This document shows positions 17,493-24,785 of a stretch of DNA of 64,000 bases, piece after piece. Location: the sequence record LT960552.1; one strand, given 5' to 3'. Below the pieces are notes generated by a model, which worked only from the letters and a program-made list of their open reading frames with translations, was not told where the DNA came from and ran no database searches. The position numbers were made by a program, and so were the translations under genes. How positions within the stretch are numbered: position 1 is the stretch's first letter; every line of letters begins with the position of its first letter.

Positions 17493-17564
17493 TGGGAATT
17501 ATCTCAGCGGTAGAGAGCACAACTGATAATTGTGAGGTCACTGGTTCAAATCCAGTATTCCCAA
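17493..17564 (+). tRNA. tRNA-Ile(GAT)
   Basis: CACAA-CTGATAA-TTGTG; TGGGAAT/ATTCCCA. Confidence 0.92.
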
Positions 17565-17663
17565 CTAAGTAGTTCAGTACTGAAATATGTACAGTGAAAT
17601 TATTCAACACTATAGGTAGAACTTTGAATGAATCAGTAAGCCTATAAGTAACTATATTAAATT

Positions 17664-17794
17664 TGGAATTCAACAGCAATCTTCACTTACTAAAAACAGC
17701 TACCTCACGGTTTGTAGGTTCGAGTCCTACCTTGTACTTTCGAGTACATGTGGTGAAATCGGTAAACACGGCTGTCCAAAAGAAATGAATTCCA
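17664..17794 (+). ncRNA. CAGCA-module element 10: circularly permuted Leu-type tRNA
   Basis: TGGAATTCA-ACAGCAA, 3' half (ACAGC, variable arm, GTAGG-TTCGAGT-CCTAC, TGTACT), TTCG, 5' half (AGTACA, TGGTGAAATCGGTAAACAC, GCTGT), TGAATTCCA. Confidence 0.9.
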
Positions 17795-17847
17795 GTATTA
17801 ATTAAGACATAAATATTCTTATACATTATTTTTGTAGGAATATAGAT

Positions 17848-18447
17848 ATGGAAATGAAAAAGTTGATGGAAGAGATATCTTCCATAATGGAAGGACAATT
17901 ACCAGGATATTATTATCACGGTAGCTCTAGACCAATATCAAATTTCAGTGATGAGTTTGTGGGTAGAGGTAATGATGAATATGGTCCAGGTATATATTTT
18001 AGTTCTGCACCAAATACTTCAATAGGTTATGCAAAAGATGGTGGTTCTAATGGAATGGTATATCAATGCGAACTGAATTTAAGAAAAGAACTATCTAAAA
18101 AAACTAAAATTAATAAAGCAGTACTATTTAAATTAATACAAAATACACCTGATGAAGATGCTTATACTAACTGGAATGAAAATAAAAATGTTGCTTATAG
18201 AACAGCATTACAGGGTTACATCGATGAAGGAAATATGTACGATGCATTAATGGGTGTTTGGTACGATTGGTATCGGGAGTATCCTGTTCAATTCGTAAGA
18301 TCATTAGTACAATTAGGATATGACGGATACATATATACTTTTGGAAGCGGTGAACGTTTTATAATAGTATATAATCCAGCAAGTATTAAAGTTATAAACA
18401 CTTTCAATCCAGAAGAAGCTAAGCAGAAACTACTTGGAAGTGATTAA
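17848..18447 (+). CDS. ADP-ribosyltransferase-like protein
   Basis: YYHGS and YGPGIYFSS motifs typical of H-Y-type ART folds; inference. Confidence 0.6.
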   Translation: MEMKKLMEEISSIMEGQLPGYYYHGSSRPISNFSDEFVGRGNDEYGPGIYFSSAPNTSIGYAKDGGSNGMVYQCELNLRKELSKKTKINKAVLFKLIQNTPDEDAYTNWNENKNVAYRTALQGYIDEGNMYDALMGVWYDWYREYPVQFVRSLVQLGYDGYIYTFGSGERFIIVYNPASIKVINTFNPEEAKQKLLGSD

Positions 18448-18453
18448 AAAATT

Positions 18454-18573
18454 TGGAATTCAACAGCAAATCATTCAAAACACGTAGCATGTCGTAGGTT
18501 CAAGTCCTACCAGTACTTAATTGTACTGTAGCTCAGTCGGGAGAGCAGCCACCTTAAAAAGAAATGAATTCCA
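18454..18573 (+). ncRNA. CAGCA-module element 11: circularly permuted Val-type tRNA
   Basis: TGGAATTCA-ACAGCAA, 3' half (ACAC-GTAGC, GTAGG-TTCAAGT-CCTAC, CAGTAC), TTAATT, 5' half (GTACTG, TAGCTCAGTCGGGAGAGC, GCCAC-CTT), TGAATTCCA. Confidence 0.9.
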
Positions 18574-18730
18574 GTATTAATTACAAAGAGAACCAATAAT
18601 GTACACTAATATTTTTGATATATTAAAAGATTTAACAGTGTTTGGAAAAGTAACATATCCAGTAAAATAAAATAATTAGGTTATTTCGAAGTTCTAAAAC
18701 AACGAAACATTTACTAACGTAAAAAGAATT

Positions 18731-18789
18731 TGGAATCTATCAGCAACCATAACCCAATCAAACATTTAATTTGACAATTATGGATTCCA
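18731..18789 (+). ncRNA. CAGCA-module element 12: Lys-type anticodon stem-loop cargo with variant loop CATTTAA
   Basis: Near-identical copy of element 8; loop differs at position 33. Confidence 0.85.
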
Positions 18790-18811
18790 GCCTATTTTTT
18801 GGAGTACAAAA

Positions 18812-19078
18812 ATGTATTATGCTCGGTTAGAACATCCTGATAATGGATATGAAATTGAAAGAATACATCTTAAAACCTTAGATTGTGAAAAGTACTATCC
18901 AGTATATTCAATTAATATTGGAAGTTGGAGTACCAGTGTATATCTTAGAGATGATGAGTATGAATATAATAGTGTAAACTTTGAGTTCTACATCAAAAAT
19001 GGAGATGAATATATTCTCGAAGATATTTTCTCAGACCCTGATTTAAATCCGTACTTGATAGAAGACGATGAAGAATAA
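18812..19078 (+). CDS. hypothetical protein
   Basis: GGAG SD. Confidence 0.65.
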   Translation: MYYARLEHPDNGYEIERIHLKTLDCEKYYPVYSINIGSWSTSVYLRDDEYEYNSVNFEFYIKNGDEYILEDIFSDPDLNPYLIEDDEE

Positions 19079-19092
19079 ATATCACAAATAAA

Positions 19093-19121
19093 TGAAACGA
19101 TTAAAAAATTTGTGGTATAAT
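19093..19121 (+). promoter_or_regulatory. TGAAAC-N17-TATAAT promoter upstream of tRNA-Asn
   Basis: TGAAAC 19093-19098, TATAAT 19116-19121. Confidence 0.8.
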
Positions 19122-19144
19122 ATAAGTAAGAAAAACAACAAGAT

Positions 19145-19217
19145 GGTTACGTAGCTCAGTGGTTAGAGCGTTCGCCTGTTAAGCGAGTGGTCGCTGGTTC
19201 AAATCCAGCCGTGATCG
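19145..19217 (+). tRNA. tRNA-Asn(GTT)
   Basis: TTCGC-CTGTTAA-GCGAG, G73. Confidence 0.93.
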
Positions 19218-19265
19218 CAAATTGATGTTTGGTATGGTTTAAAAATATAATAACCAAACATTATA

Positions 19266-19308
19266 AAGAATCTTTCAGCATTAACACGGTGAAAATATAT
19301 AGATTCTT
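19266..19308 (+). ncRNA. CAGCA-module element 13: minimal module
   Basis: AAGAATCT-TTCAGCAT..GTGAAAA..AGATTCTT. Confidence 0.65.
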
Positions 19309-19312
19309 GATT

Positions 19313-19389
19313 AGGAGATTAGCATAGATGGCCTAATGCACCGGTCTTTGAAATCGGTATCGGTGGTTCGAATCCACCATCTCCTGCCA
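19313..19389 (+). tRNA. tRNA-Gln(TTG)
   Basis: CCGGT-CTTTGAA-ATCGG; AGGAGAT/ATCTCCT-G-CCA. Confidence 0.92.
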
Positions 19390-19408
19390 ATTTAAGTAGA
19401 ATAATAGT

Positions 19409-19831
19409 ATGAAGTTATGTAAGAGATGTAATCAGAATAAGCCATTAGAAGCTTTTTCAAAAAATAAATCCAAAAAAGACGGATTACAAGTGAGTTGTAA
19501 GGAATGTTTTAAAACAATAAACAACAATTCATATAAAAATGAATCTGGTGAACGTCGAAGAAAAGTTGGCGAGACTCGTGATAGAATTAAAGCTATTAAT
19601 AGATCGATTATATCAGAACATCGATCAGTAAATCCATGTCACTTTTGTGGAGAAACCGAACATTGTTGTTTAGACTTTCATCACTTAGACCCTACTGTCA
19701 AAGATAAAGAAATATCTGTGTTGGTACATTATAGTACTGCTAGATTGGTAAAGGAAATAGCTAAATGTATAGTTATTTGCTCAAATTGTCACCGGAAACA
19801 CCATGCTGGTATTGAAGGTTACGAATTATAA
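19409..19831 (+). CDS. HNH endonuclease
   Basis: CKRC..CKEC N-terminus; CHFC..LDFHHLDP..KCIVICSNCHRKHH. Confidence 0.85.
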   Translation: MKLCKRCNQNKPLEAFSKNKSKKDGLQVSCKECFKTINNNSYKNESGERRRKVGETRDRIKAINRSIISEHRSVNPCHFCGETEHCCLDFHHLDPTVKDKEISVLVHYSTARLVKEIAKCIVICSNCHRKHHAGIEGYEL

Positions 19832-19839
19832 AGTTTTCA

Positions 19840-19966
19840 TTTCCTTGGTGAAAACAAGCTGGCATGATTCCCCCTGCTTGTAAAATTATCGAACGGGAAC
19901 CGCGTAGCACCGGTACAGGTCAGATTGTAAAGATCAAGTATGTACAGTACTGAGAGCGGCAGTACA
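19840..19966 (+). ncRNA. structured intergenic region, candidate ncRNA
   Basis: CTTG-GTGAAAA-CAAG, TTCCC/GGGAA, GTACTG/CAGTAC hairpins. Confidence 0.4.
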
Positions 19967-19972
19967 AAAAAT

Positions 19973-20054
19973 GCGGGATTAGCTCAGTGGTAGAGCACTT
20001 GCCTTCCAAGCAAGAGGCGAATAGGTTCCATCGGTTCGAATCCGATATTCCGCT
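19973..20054 (+). tRNA. tRNA-Gly(TCC) with enlarged variable region
   Basis: CTTGC-CTTCCAA-GCAAG, U73, 15-nt variable region. Confidence 0.85.
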
Positions 20055-20173
20055 CAAATTAAACAAACAATAAGGTAAATCCTATGATGCTATAGAAAAA
20101 CAGTACTGGTCCTCCTGATAACTTTAATTCAGAACAAAACACTAAATTAAATATTATCCAAAAGGAACATACT

Positions 20174-20500
20174 ATGTTAAACAAAGAAAAATATATTACT
20201 GTAAAAAATACTTGGAAATTAGAAAAAGAGCATAACATTTTCGACCATGTGGTTTATAATGTTATTCGTGGCCTACCATCAGATAATGGGTTTGCACCAA
20301 TTACTGATAAAGGAAAACTTCAAGCAAATAATAACGACCCGTATAATATGTACAACTATGCAGTTCTTGAATTGCATTATGAGTTGAATGAAAAACGATA
20401 CAATTATGAAAAAACAGTACAACATTATTCTAAACTATTTGGCATTGAATTTACACCTGAACTTATCGAAGTAGTACTTACTTTGATTAAAGTTAAATAA
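20174..20500 (+). CDS. hypothetical protein
   Basis: AAGGA SD. Confidence 0.7.
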   Translation: MLNKEKYITVKNTWKLEKEHNIFDHVVYNVIRGLPSDNGFAPITDKGKLQANNNDPYNMYNYAVLELHYELNEKRYNYEKTVQHYSKLFGIEFTPELIEVVLTLIKVK

Positions 20501-20508
20501 CAGAATTA

Positions 20509-20572
20509 AAGAATCCAACAGCACCCATAAATGAAATCAACTGTTAATTGAAAAATTCAAAAATGGATTCTT
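20509..20572 (+). ncRNA. CAGCA-module element 14: isolated Asn(GTT) anticodon stem-loop cargo
   Basis: AAGAATCC-AACAGCAC..TGAA..TCAA-CTGTTAA-TTGA..TTCA..GGATTCTT. Confidence 0.85.
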
Positions 20573-20646
20573 GTTTTTATTTGGAAGTCTCATGAAAGAT
20601 AATTTTTATGAAGATTTAAGATTTAGATATATTGAAGTACATGAAT

Positions 20647-20676
20647 TTGACGTTATAGCACTGAACGTGCTATAAT
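20647..20676 (+). promoter_or_regulatory. sigma70-like promoter with internal 9-bp inverted repeat
   Basis: TTGACG-N17-TATAAT; TTATAGCAC-N5-GTGCTATAA. Confidence 0.7.
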
Positions 20677-20680
20677 AGCT

Positions 20681-20754
20681 GGAGCCGTAGTTCAGTTGGT
20701 TAGAACGCTTGCCTGTCACGCAAGAGGCCGTGGGTTCAAGTCCCATCGGTTCCG
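20681..20754 (+). tRNA. tRNA-Asp(GTC)
   Basis: CTTGC-CTGTCAC-GCAAG, G73. Confidence 0.95.
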
Positions 20755-20771
20755 CAAAAATAAGGAAAATT

Positions 20772-21035
20772 ATGAACAAGAAAGCAAAAACACGTATTTT
20801 TAATACTGTTATAGAAACGTCACCAGACCATTGTAAATACAATTTTTGGTATCATAATATGCTTAGAAAAACAATTTTACTTATGTCTAAGGGTAAGTAT
20901 CGTAAAACTGAAAAAGAAATTATACAAATACTTACTCGAAATCATGGTAAAAAACGATATAATCCTACACCAGAAGAACATGATGAAATGGTTCGTTTAG
21001 AACAAAGTGTTGGTCTAATGTGTGGTGTTAAATAA
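20772..21035 (+). CDS. hypothetical basic protein
   Basis: AAGGA SD before ATG. Confidence 0.65.
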   Translation: MNKKAKTRIFNTVIETSPDHCKYNFWYHNMLRKTILLMSKGKYRKTEKEIIQILTRNHGKKRYNPTPEEHDEMVRLEQSVGLMCGVK

Positions 21036-21038
21036 ATT

Positions 21039-21390
21039 GGTAATAAAGAGTGTAAGGGTTAGTACTTAGTATCATATTCCCCCTCTACCTTCTTCCCCCA
21101 TTATTTGGGTTCTAGTCGTAGACACAATGTAGTACTTTATTACCCGCGAATTAATATTTTATTGTGGGGTGGTAAGAGTAAGATACCGATTCAAACAAGG
21201 GTCAGAAAGATCCACTTAACCCGTTTTGAAACAATAAAATATCCCGAAAGGGTGACGATGTGAATAGTGCATATCCTTGTAGTATGGGACAGTACTACAT
21301 TTTTATAAATAAATTGGAATAGAGCATGAGACTGCCCTCACTATTCGACGCTTTAAGTAGCTTTCTAGAGAGTACTTTCGGGTACTCACC
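21039..21390 (+). ncRNA. large structured non-coding region (one or two RNAs), unknown family
   Basis: 10-bp, 12-bp and 8-bp long-range stems, GAAA and TTCG tetraloop hairpins, no ORF. Confidence 0.7.
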
Positions 21391-21407
21391 CAAATAAAAT
21401 AAAACAT

Positions 21408-21480
21408 GTTCTTATAGCTCAATTGGATAGAGTTGCCGCCTACGAAGCGGTCGATATAGGTTCAAATCCTTTTAGGAACA
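21408..21480 (+). tRNA. tRNA-Arg(ACG)
   Basis: GCCGC-CTACGAA-GCGGT. Confidence 0.9.
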
Positions 21481-21500
21481 CAAAATTAAGGTAATTAAAG

Positions 21501-21731
21501 ATGAAATCACTAGTAGCTATGGTAAAAGACAAAAAAGTCTATTTTAGCCATTATCAAAACAATGAACTATGGTACAGTACTGAATGCGGATTTATGTTTC
21601 CGGTTCCGGTATCTGATACTGGTAATGCAGAATTTAAAAATGAAGATAAAGCTACGTTCTTTATGCGTTGGATTCGGAAACATCTTGAAATGATTGCTGA
21701 TGAAAGTCAATCACAATCAGTTAATGGATGA
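21501..21731 (+). CDS. hypothetical protein
   Basis: ORF track. Confidence 0.7.
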   Translation: MKSLVAMVKDKKVYFSHYQNNELWYSTECGFMFPVPVSDTGNAEFKNEDKATFFMRWIRKHLEMIADESQSQSVNG

Positions 21732-22029
21732 TTTGAAAATTATACATGATGTATTAAATGTGTACTACACCACTGGTGAAGATGCTCTACATTATGGCAA
21801 CGTATATTATGAGTACTGGATGCGACAATGCACCTTTATGGGAACTGGCTTTAACTTTACGGATGAATACATTCAGTTTGGTGAAACACGTTCCGATATA
21901 GATAAAGTACTTGATGAAGAATCACATTTTCAATTAAGTACTGTGTATAATTTCTACGACCTAACGTTCGAAGATATTACAGCACTTAAAGAAATCTATA
22001 TATTCAAACGCGGGGAACCTACACCATAG
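21724..22029 (+). CDS. hypothetical protein, EEQHFQ-motif family
   Basis: DEESHFQL motif; TAG stop inside a terminator hairpin. Confidence 0.65.
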   Translation: MDDLKIIHDVLNVYYTTGEDALHYGNVYYEYWMRQCTFMGTGFNFTDEYIQFGETRSDIDKVLDEESHFQLSTVYNFYDLTFEDITALKEIYIFKRGEPTP

Positions 22030-22058
22030 GTTCCCTTTTTTATATCTGGAGTTTATGA

Positions 22059-22418
22059 ATGGAAGATATTAATTCGACTATAGTAAAAAATACAAAGATA
22101 GTTAGAACATTTGAACAAATATCTTTTGACGATATTAAAACATACTTACCACATCTTAATGTAGTTAGTGGTACTAAAGAGTCAATGACAGGAAGTACAA
22201 AATTGTTTAGTATTTTCTTTTCAGATAGTGAATCTGTATTAGTCTCACGTGATGTTATCATGTATATATTTGATAAAACTTTTGTTAAATTTAATACTAA
22301 TATTACTGAAGAACAAATGTTCCAAGATAGTACAAGAGTTAATTATGGTAATCTTGCACCAGAAACTTTACCGTACTTGAGAGAGTTAATACAACTACTT
22401 GACCATTTATGGAAATAA
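22059..22418 (+). CDS. hypothetical protein, EEQHFQ-motif family
   Basis: TEEQMFQ motif. Confidence 0.65.
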   Translation: MEDINSTIVKNTKIVRTFEQISFDDIKTYLPHLNVVSGTKESMTGSTKLFSIFFSDSESVLVSRDVIMYIFDKTFVKFNTNITEEQMFQDSTRVNYGNLAPETLPYLRELIQLLDHLWK

Positions 22419-22421
22419 ATT

Positions 22422-22847
22422 ATGAATGTATTTGAAACGTGTTTTTTATATGCAAGTAAGGGTGATTCAAATAAAACTATTAGAAGTACAAATGACGATA
22501 AAATTCTTTTCTCTTATAAAATACTAACTGAGTTTGATTCTGTAATAGAGCAAAATGTATGTATATTCATGATTGTAGTATATGTTGAAGATGATACTTT
22601 TATTTTTTCATTTGGTATATCTGAAGACTATCCTGATATTGGTATTTCAATTATGAAAGTACAAGGTAATATATCATTGCATTCCAGTGATGTATGCAAC
22701 GTAGAAGATTTGGAAGCACGTTTATTCCAAATAGAAACTATTGTAGATGTACATGATTTAGATACTACGATGATAGATAAAATGTATAAGCTTCGTGAAA
22801 TATATTTGAAGAAAAAAGATGAAACGGTGCTGAATAATCTGGTATAA
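22422..22847 (+). CDS. hypothetical protein, divergent EEQHFQ-motif family
   Basis: EARLFQIETI. Confidence 0.6.
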   Translation: MNVFETCFLYASKGDSNKTIRSTNDDKILFSYKILTEFDSVIEQNVCIFMIVVYVEDDTFIFSFGISEDYPDIGISIMKVQGNISLHSSDVCNVEDLEARLFQIETIVDVHDLDTTMIDKMYKLREIYLKKKDETVLNNLV

Positions 22848-22848
22848 T
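22820..22848 (+). promoter_or_regulatory. TGAAAC-N17-TATAAT promoter upstream of tRNA-Pro
   Basis: TGAAAC 22820-22825, TATAAT 22843-22848. Confidence 0.8.
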
Positions 22849-22860
22849 ATCAGTACCTTA

Positions 22861-22934
22861 CAGGGTGTAGGCAAATTGGTTTGTCACCTGCTTTGGGAGT
22901 AGGATTAATGCTGGTTCGAGTCCAGTCACCCTGA
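22861..22934 (+). tRNA. tRNA-Pro(TGG)
   Basis: CCTGC-TTTGGGA-GTAGG; CAGGGTG/CACCCTG. Confidence 0.93.
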
Positions 22935-22943
22935 CAAATATTA

Positions 22944-23018
22944 CGGAGTGTGGGCTAATTGGCTAAGCCGCCTGTTTTGGGAACAGGAAAATTGTAGGTT
23001 CGAGTCCTACCATTCCGA
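22944..23018 (+). tRNA. tRNA-Pro(TGG), second copy
   Basis: CCTGT-TTTGGGA-ACAGG; CGGAGTG/CATTCCG. Confidence 0.93.
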
Positions 23019-23024
23019 CAAATT

Positions 23025-23098
23025 GCTTGTTTAACTCAGTTGGTTAGAGTGCCATCTTTACACGGTGGAAGTCATTAGTTCAAATCTAATAACAAGCA
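23025..23098 (+). tRNA. tRNA-Val(TAC)
   Basis: CCATC-TTTACAC-GGTGG; GCTTGTT/AACAAGC. Confidence 0.93.
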
Positions 23099-23154
23099 CA
23101 AACTGAACTATTAAACTAAATATATTAAATTATAATAGTTTAGGAGTTCAGAAA

Positions 23155-23826
23155 ATGGAATGTTTAAATTGCGGTCATGAAACAAAAAATGTTAAGTTTT
23201 GTAGCAGATCATGTTCAGTGACGTTTAGTAATAAAAATAGAAAATTAAGTCAAGAAACCAAATCCAAAATATCTAAGAAGATGCAAAACAAAGTAAATCC
23301 TGAAGACATTAAACAATGTCATACTGATGGGCTTACTGTTCCAGAAATAGTTGATAAATTGGGTTGTACTAAAACAACAGTGTATAAATGGTTAGAATTT
23401 TATGGTCTTGAAAAACGTCCAGTAAAGTACAAGAATTCCGAAACTGGATATTATTGTAAATGTGGTGAAACTAATCCTGATAATTTTTATGGTAAAAAAC
23501 GAACAGTATGTTCAAAATGTCATAATAAATCAGTCGTTGAAGCTGGTAAAGATAAGCGTGAACATGCCCTATCAATACTAGGAAATAAATGTATTAATTG
23601 TGATTATAATGAATTTTCATGTTCATTAGATATACATCACTCCGACTCTAGCATCAAAGATACTAATTTTTCTTCTATGCGTGGTTGGAGTATTGAACGT
23701 ATAGAAAAAGAAATTAAATCATGTGTTTTATTATGTAGAAATTGTCATTCAGCATATCATTCTGGATTATTGAATATAGATGATAAAATACAAAAAGATA
23801 TTGAGAAAAGAAATGAAACGCAATAG
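23155..23826 (+). CDS. HNH endonuclease with Zn finger and HTH
   Basis: CLNC..FCSRSC, HTH-like TVPEIVDKLGCTKTTVYKWL, LDIHH..CVLLCRNCH. Confidence 0.85.
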   Translation: MECLNCGHETKNVKFCSRSCSVTFSNKNRKLSQETKSKISKKMQNKVNPEDIKQCHTDGLTVPEIVDKLGCTKTTVYKWLEFYGLEKRPVKYKNSETGYYCKCGETNPDNFYGKKRTVCSKCHNKSVVEAGKDKREHALSILGNKCINCDYNEFSCSLDIHHSDSSIKDTNFSSMRGWSIERIEKEIKSCVLLCRNCHSAYHSGLLNIDDKIQKDIEKRNETQ

Positions 23827-24130
23827 ACAAATGATATTAAGTACTGATTCAGTAACTTACGTTAAAGTTACTAAAATCAAAAATAAGTACCATGCACGAC
23901 TATTCGTTAATTGTATCTTATCTGATGAAATGGCATGTTCCTTACGTTCAGATATTGGTTGGATTTGTCGAGAAATGATGCGTTGGTGTGATAAGTTAGG
24001 TGCAGGTAATGCACATACTACATCAGCTAGACGCCGACATAATGAAGACTGTTCTCCACGTGGTAAAGTACTTTATTATAATGAGATTAAAAATAACATT
24101 GAAAAACACAAGGTTAATAAAAATGTTTAA
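23813..24130 (+). CDS. hypothetical protein
   Basis: ORF track. Confidence 0.65.
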   Translation: MKRNRQMILSTDSVTYVKVTKIKNKYHARLFVNCILSDEMACSLRSDIGWICREMMRWCDKLGAGNAHTTSARRRHNEDCSPRGKVLYYNEIKNNIEKHKVNKNV

Positions 24131-24503
24131 AGAGAGTGTTCTAGAAATAGTTCTTAATGATATTATTTCTGAAGTAAAATTGAAAGACTCAATGAAGCAT
24201 GATTATGAAATGCAATATGCCCGTCTAATCACTGAACTAACTACAATGATAGACCCTAATACGGGAATGGAACCTTGTATCACCATTAATGAAAAAATCT
24301 TTGGTGATACACGTGGTAGTGGTTTTAGAATGACTTCATCTAAGATTTATACTTGGAAAGGAATTGCTGACACTTCATCAATAACTGTACATTTCAATAA
24401 AGGTTATAAACAAGAACTTTTAGATTTTGGATATACCGAAGAAGAAGTTATGTACTTAGAGAAGATATTAGAAGTACTTAAAGAACATGAAAGTGAGTTT
24501 TAA
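24123..24503 (+). CDS. hypothetical protein
   Basis: AAGG SD before ATG. Confidence 0.65.
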   Translation: MFKESVLEIVLNDIISEVKLKDSMKHDYEMQYARLITELTTMIDPNTGMEPCITINEKIFGDTRGSGFRMTSSKIYTWKGIADTSSITVHFNKGYKQELLDFGYTEEEVMYLEKILEVLKEHESEF

Positions 24504-24689
24504 ATGCTAACTGACATAGAATTAGATTATCTTCAACGTATGGTTGATGTTGAATTTGATTTTGACTCATGTGGATTGGTAATATGTTTATGTATAATTA
24601 TGGAAATACTGAAAAAGAAGCAAAACATGTTGATGATAGTACTGAAAATTGCTTCATTCCGTACAGAAAAATAGATACTTAAAATCAGT

Positions 24690-24767
24690 GGTGGCTATGA
24701 GCGTAATTGGTTAACGTTCCTTCCTGTGAAGAAGATGATGTGGAATCGTACTCCACTAGCCACACCA
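24690..24767 (+). tRNA. tRNA-His(GTG), atypical T-loop and A73
   Basis: G-1 then GTGGCTA/TAGCCAC, loop CTGTGAA, T-loop ATCGTAC, encoded CCA. Confidence 0.8.
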
Positions 24768-24785
24768 AACAATAGGAGTACTATC

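Noticed and set aside
14761-20572. CRISPR array reading of the repeated GGAATC..CAGCAA units
   Set aside because: Repeats are degenerate, irregularly spaced, pair with a distal partner strand, and no cas genes are present.
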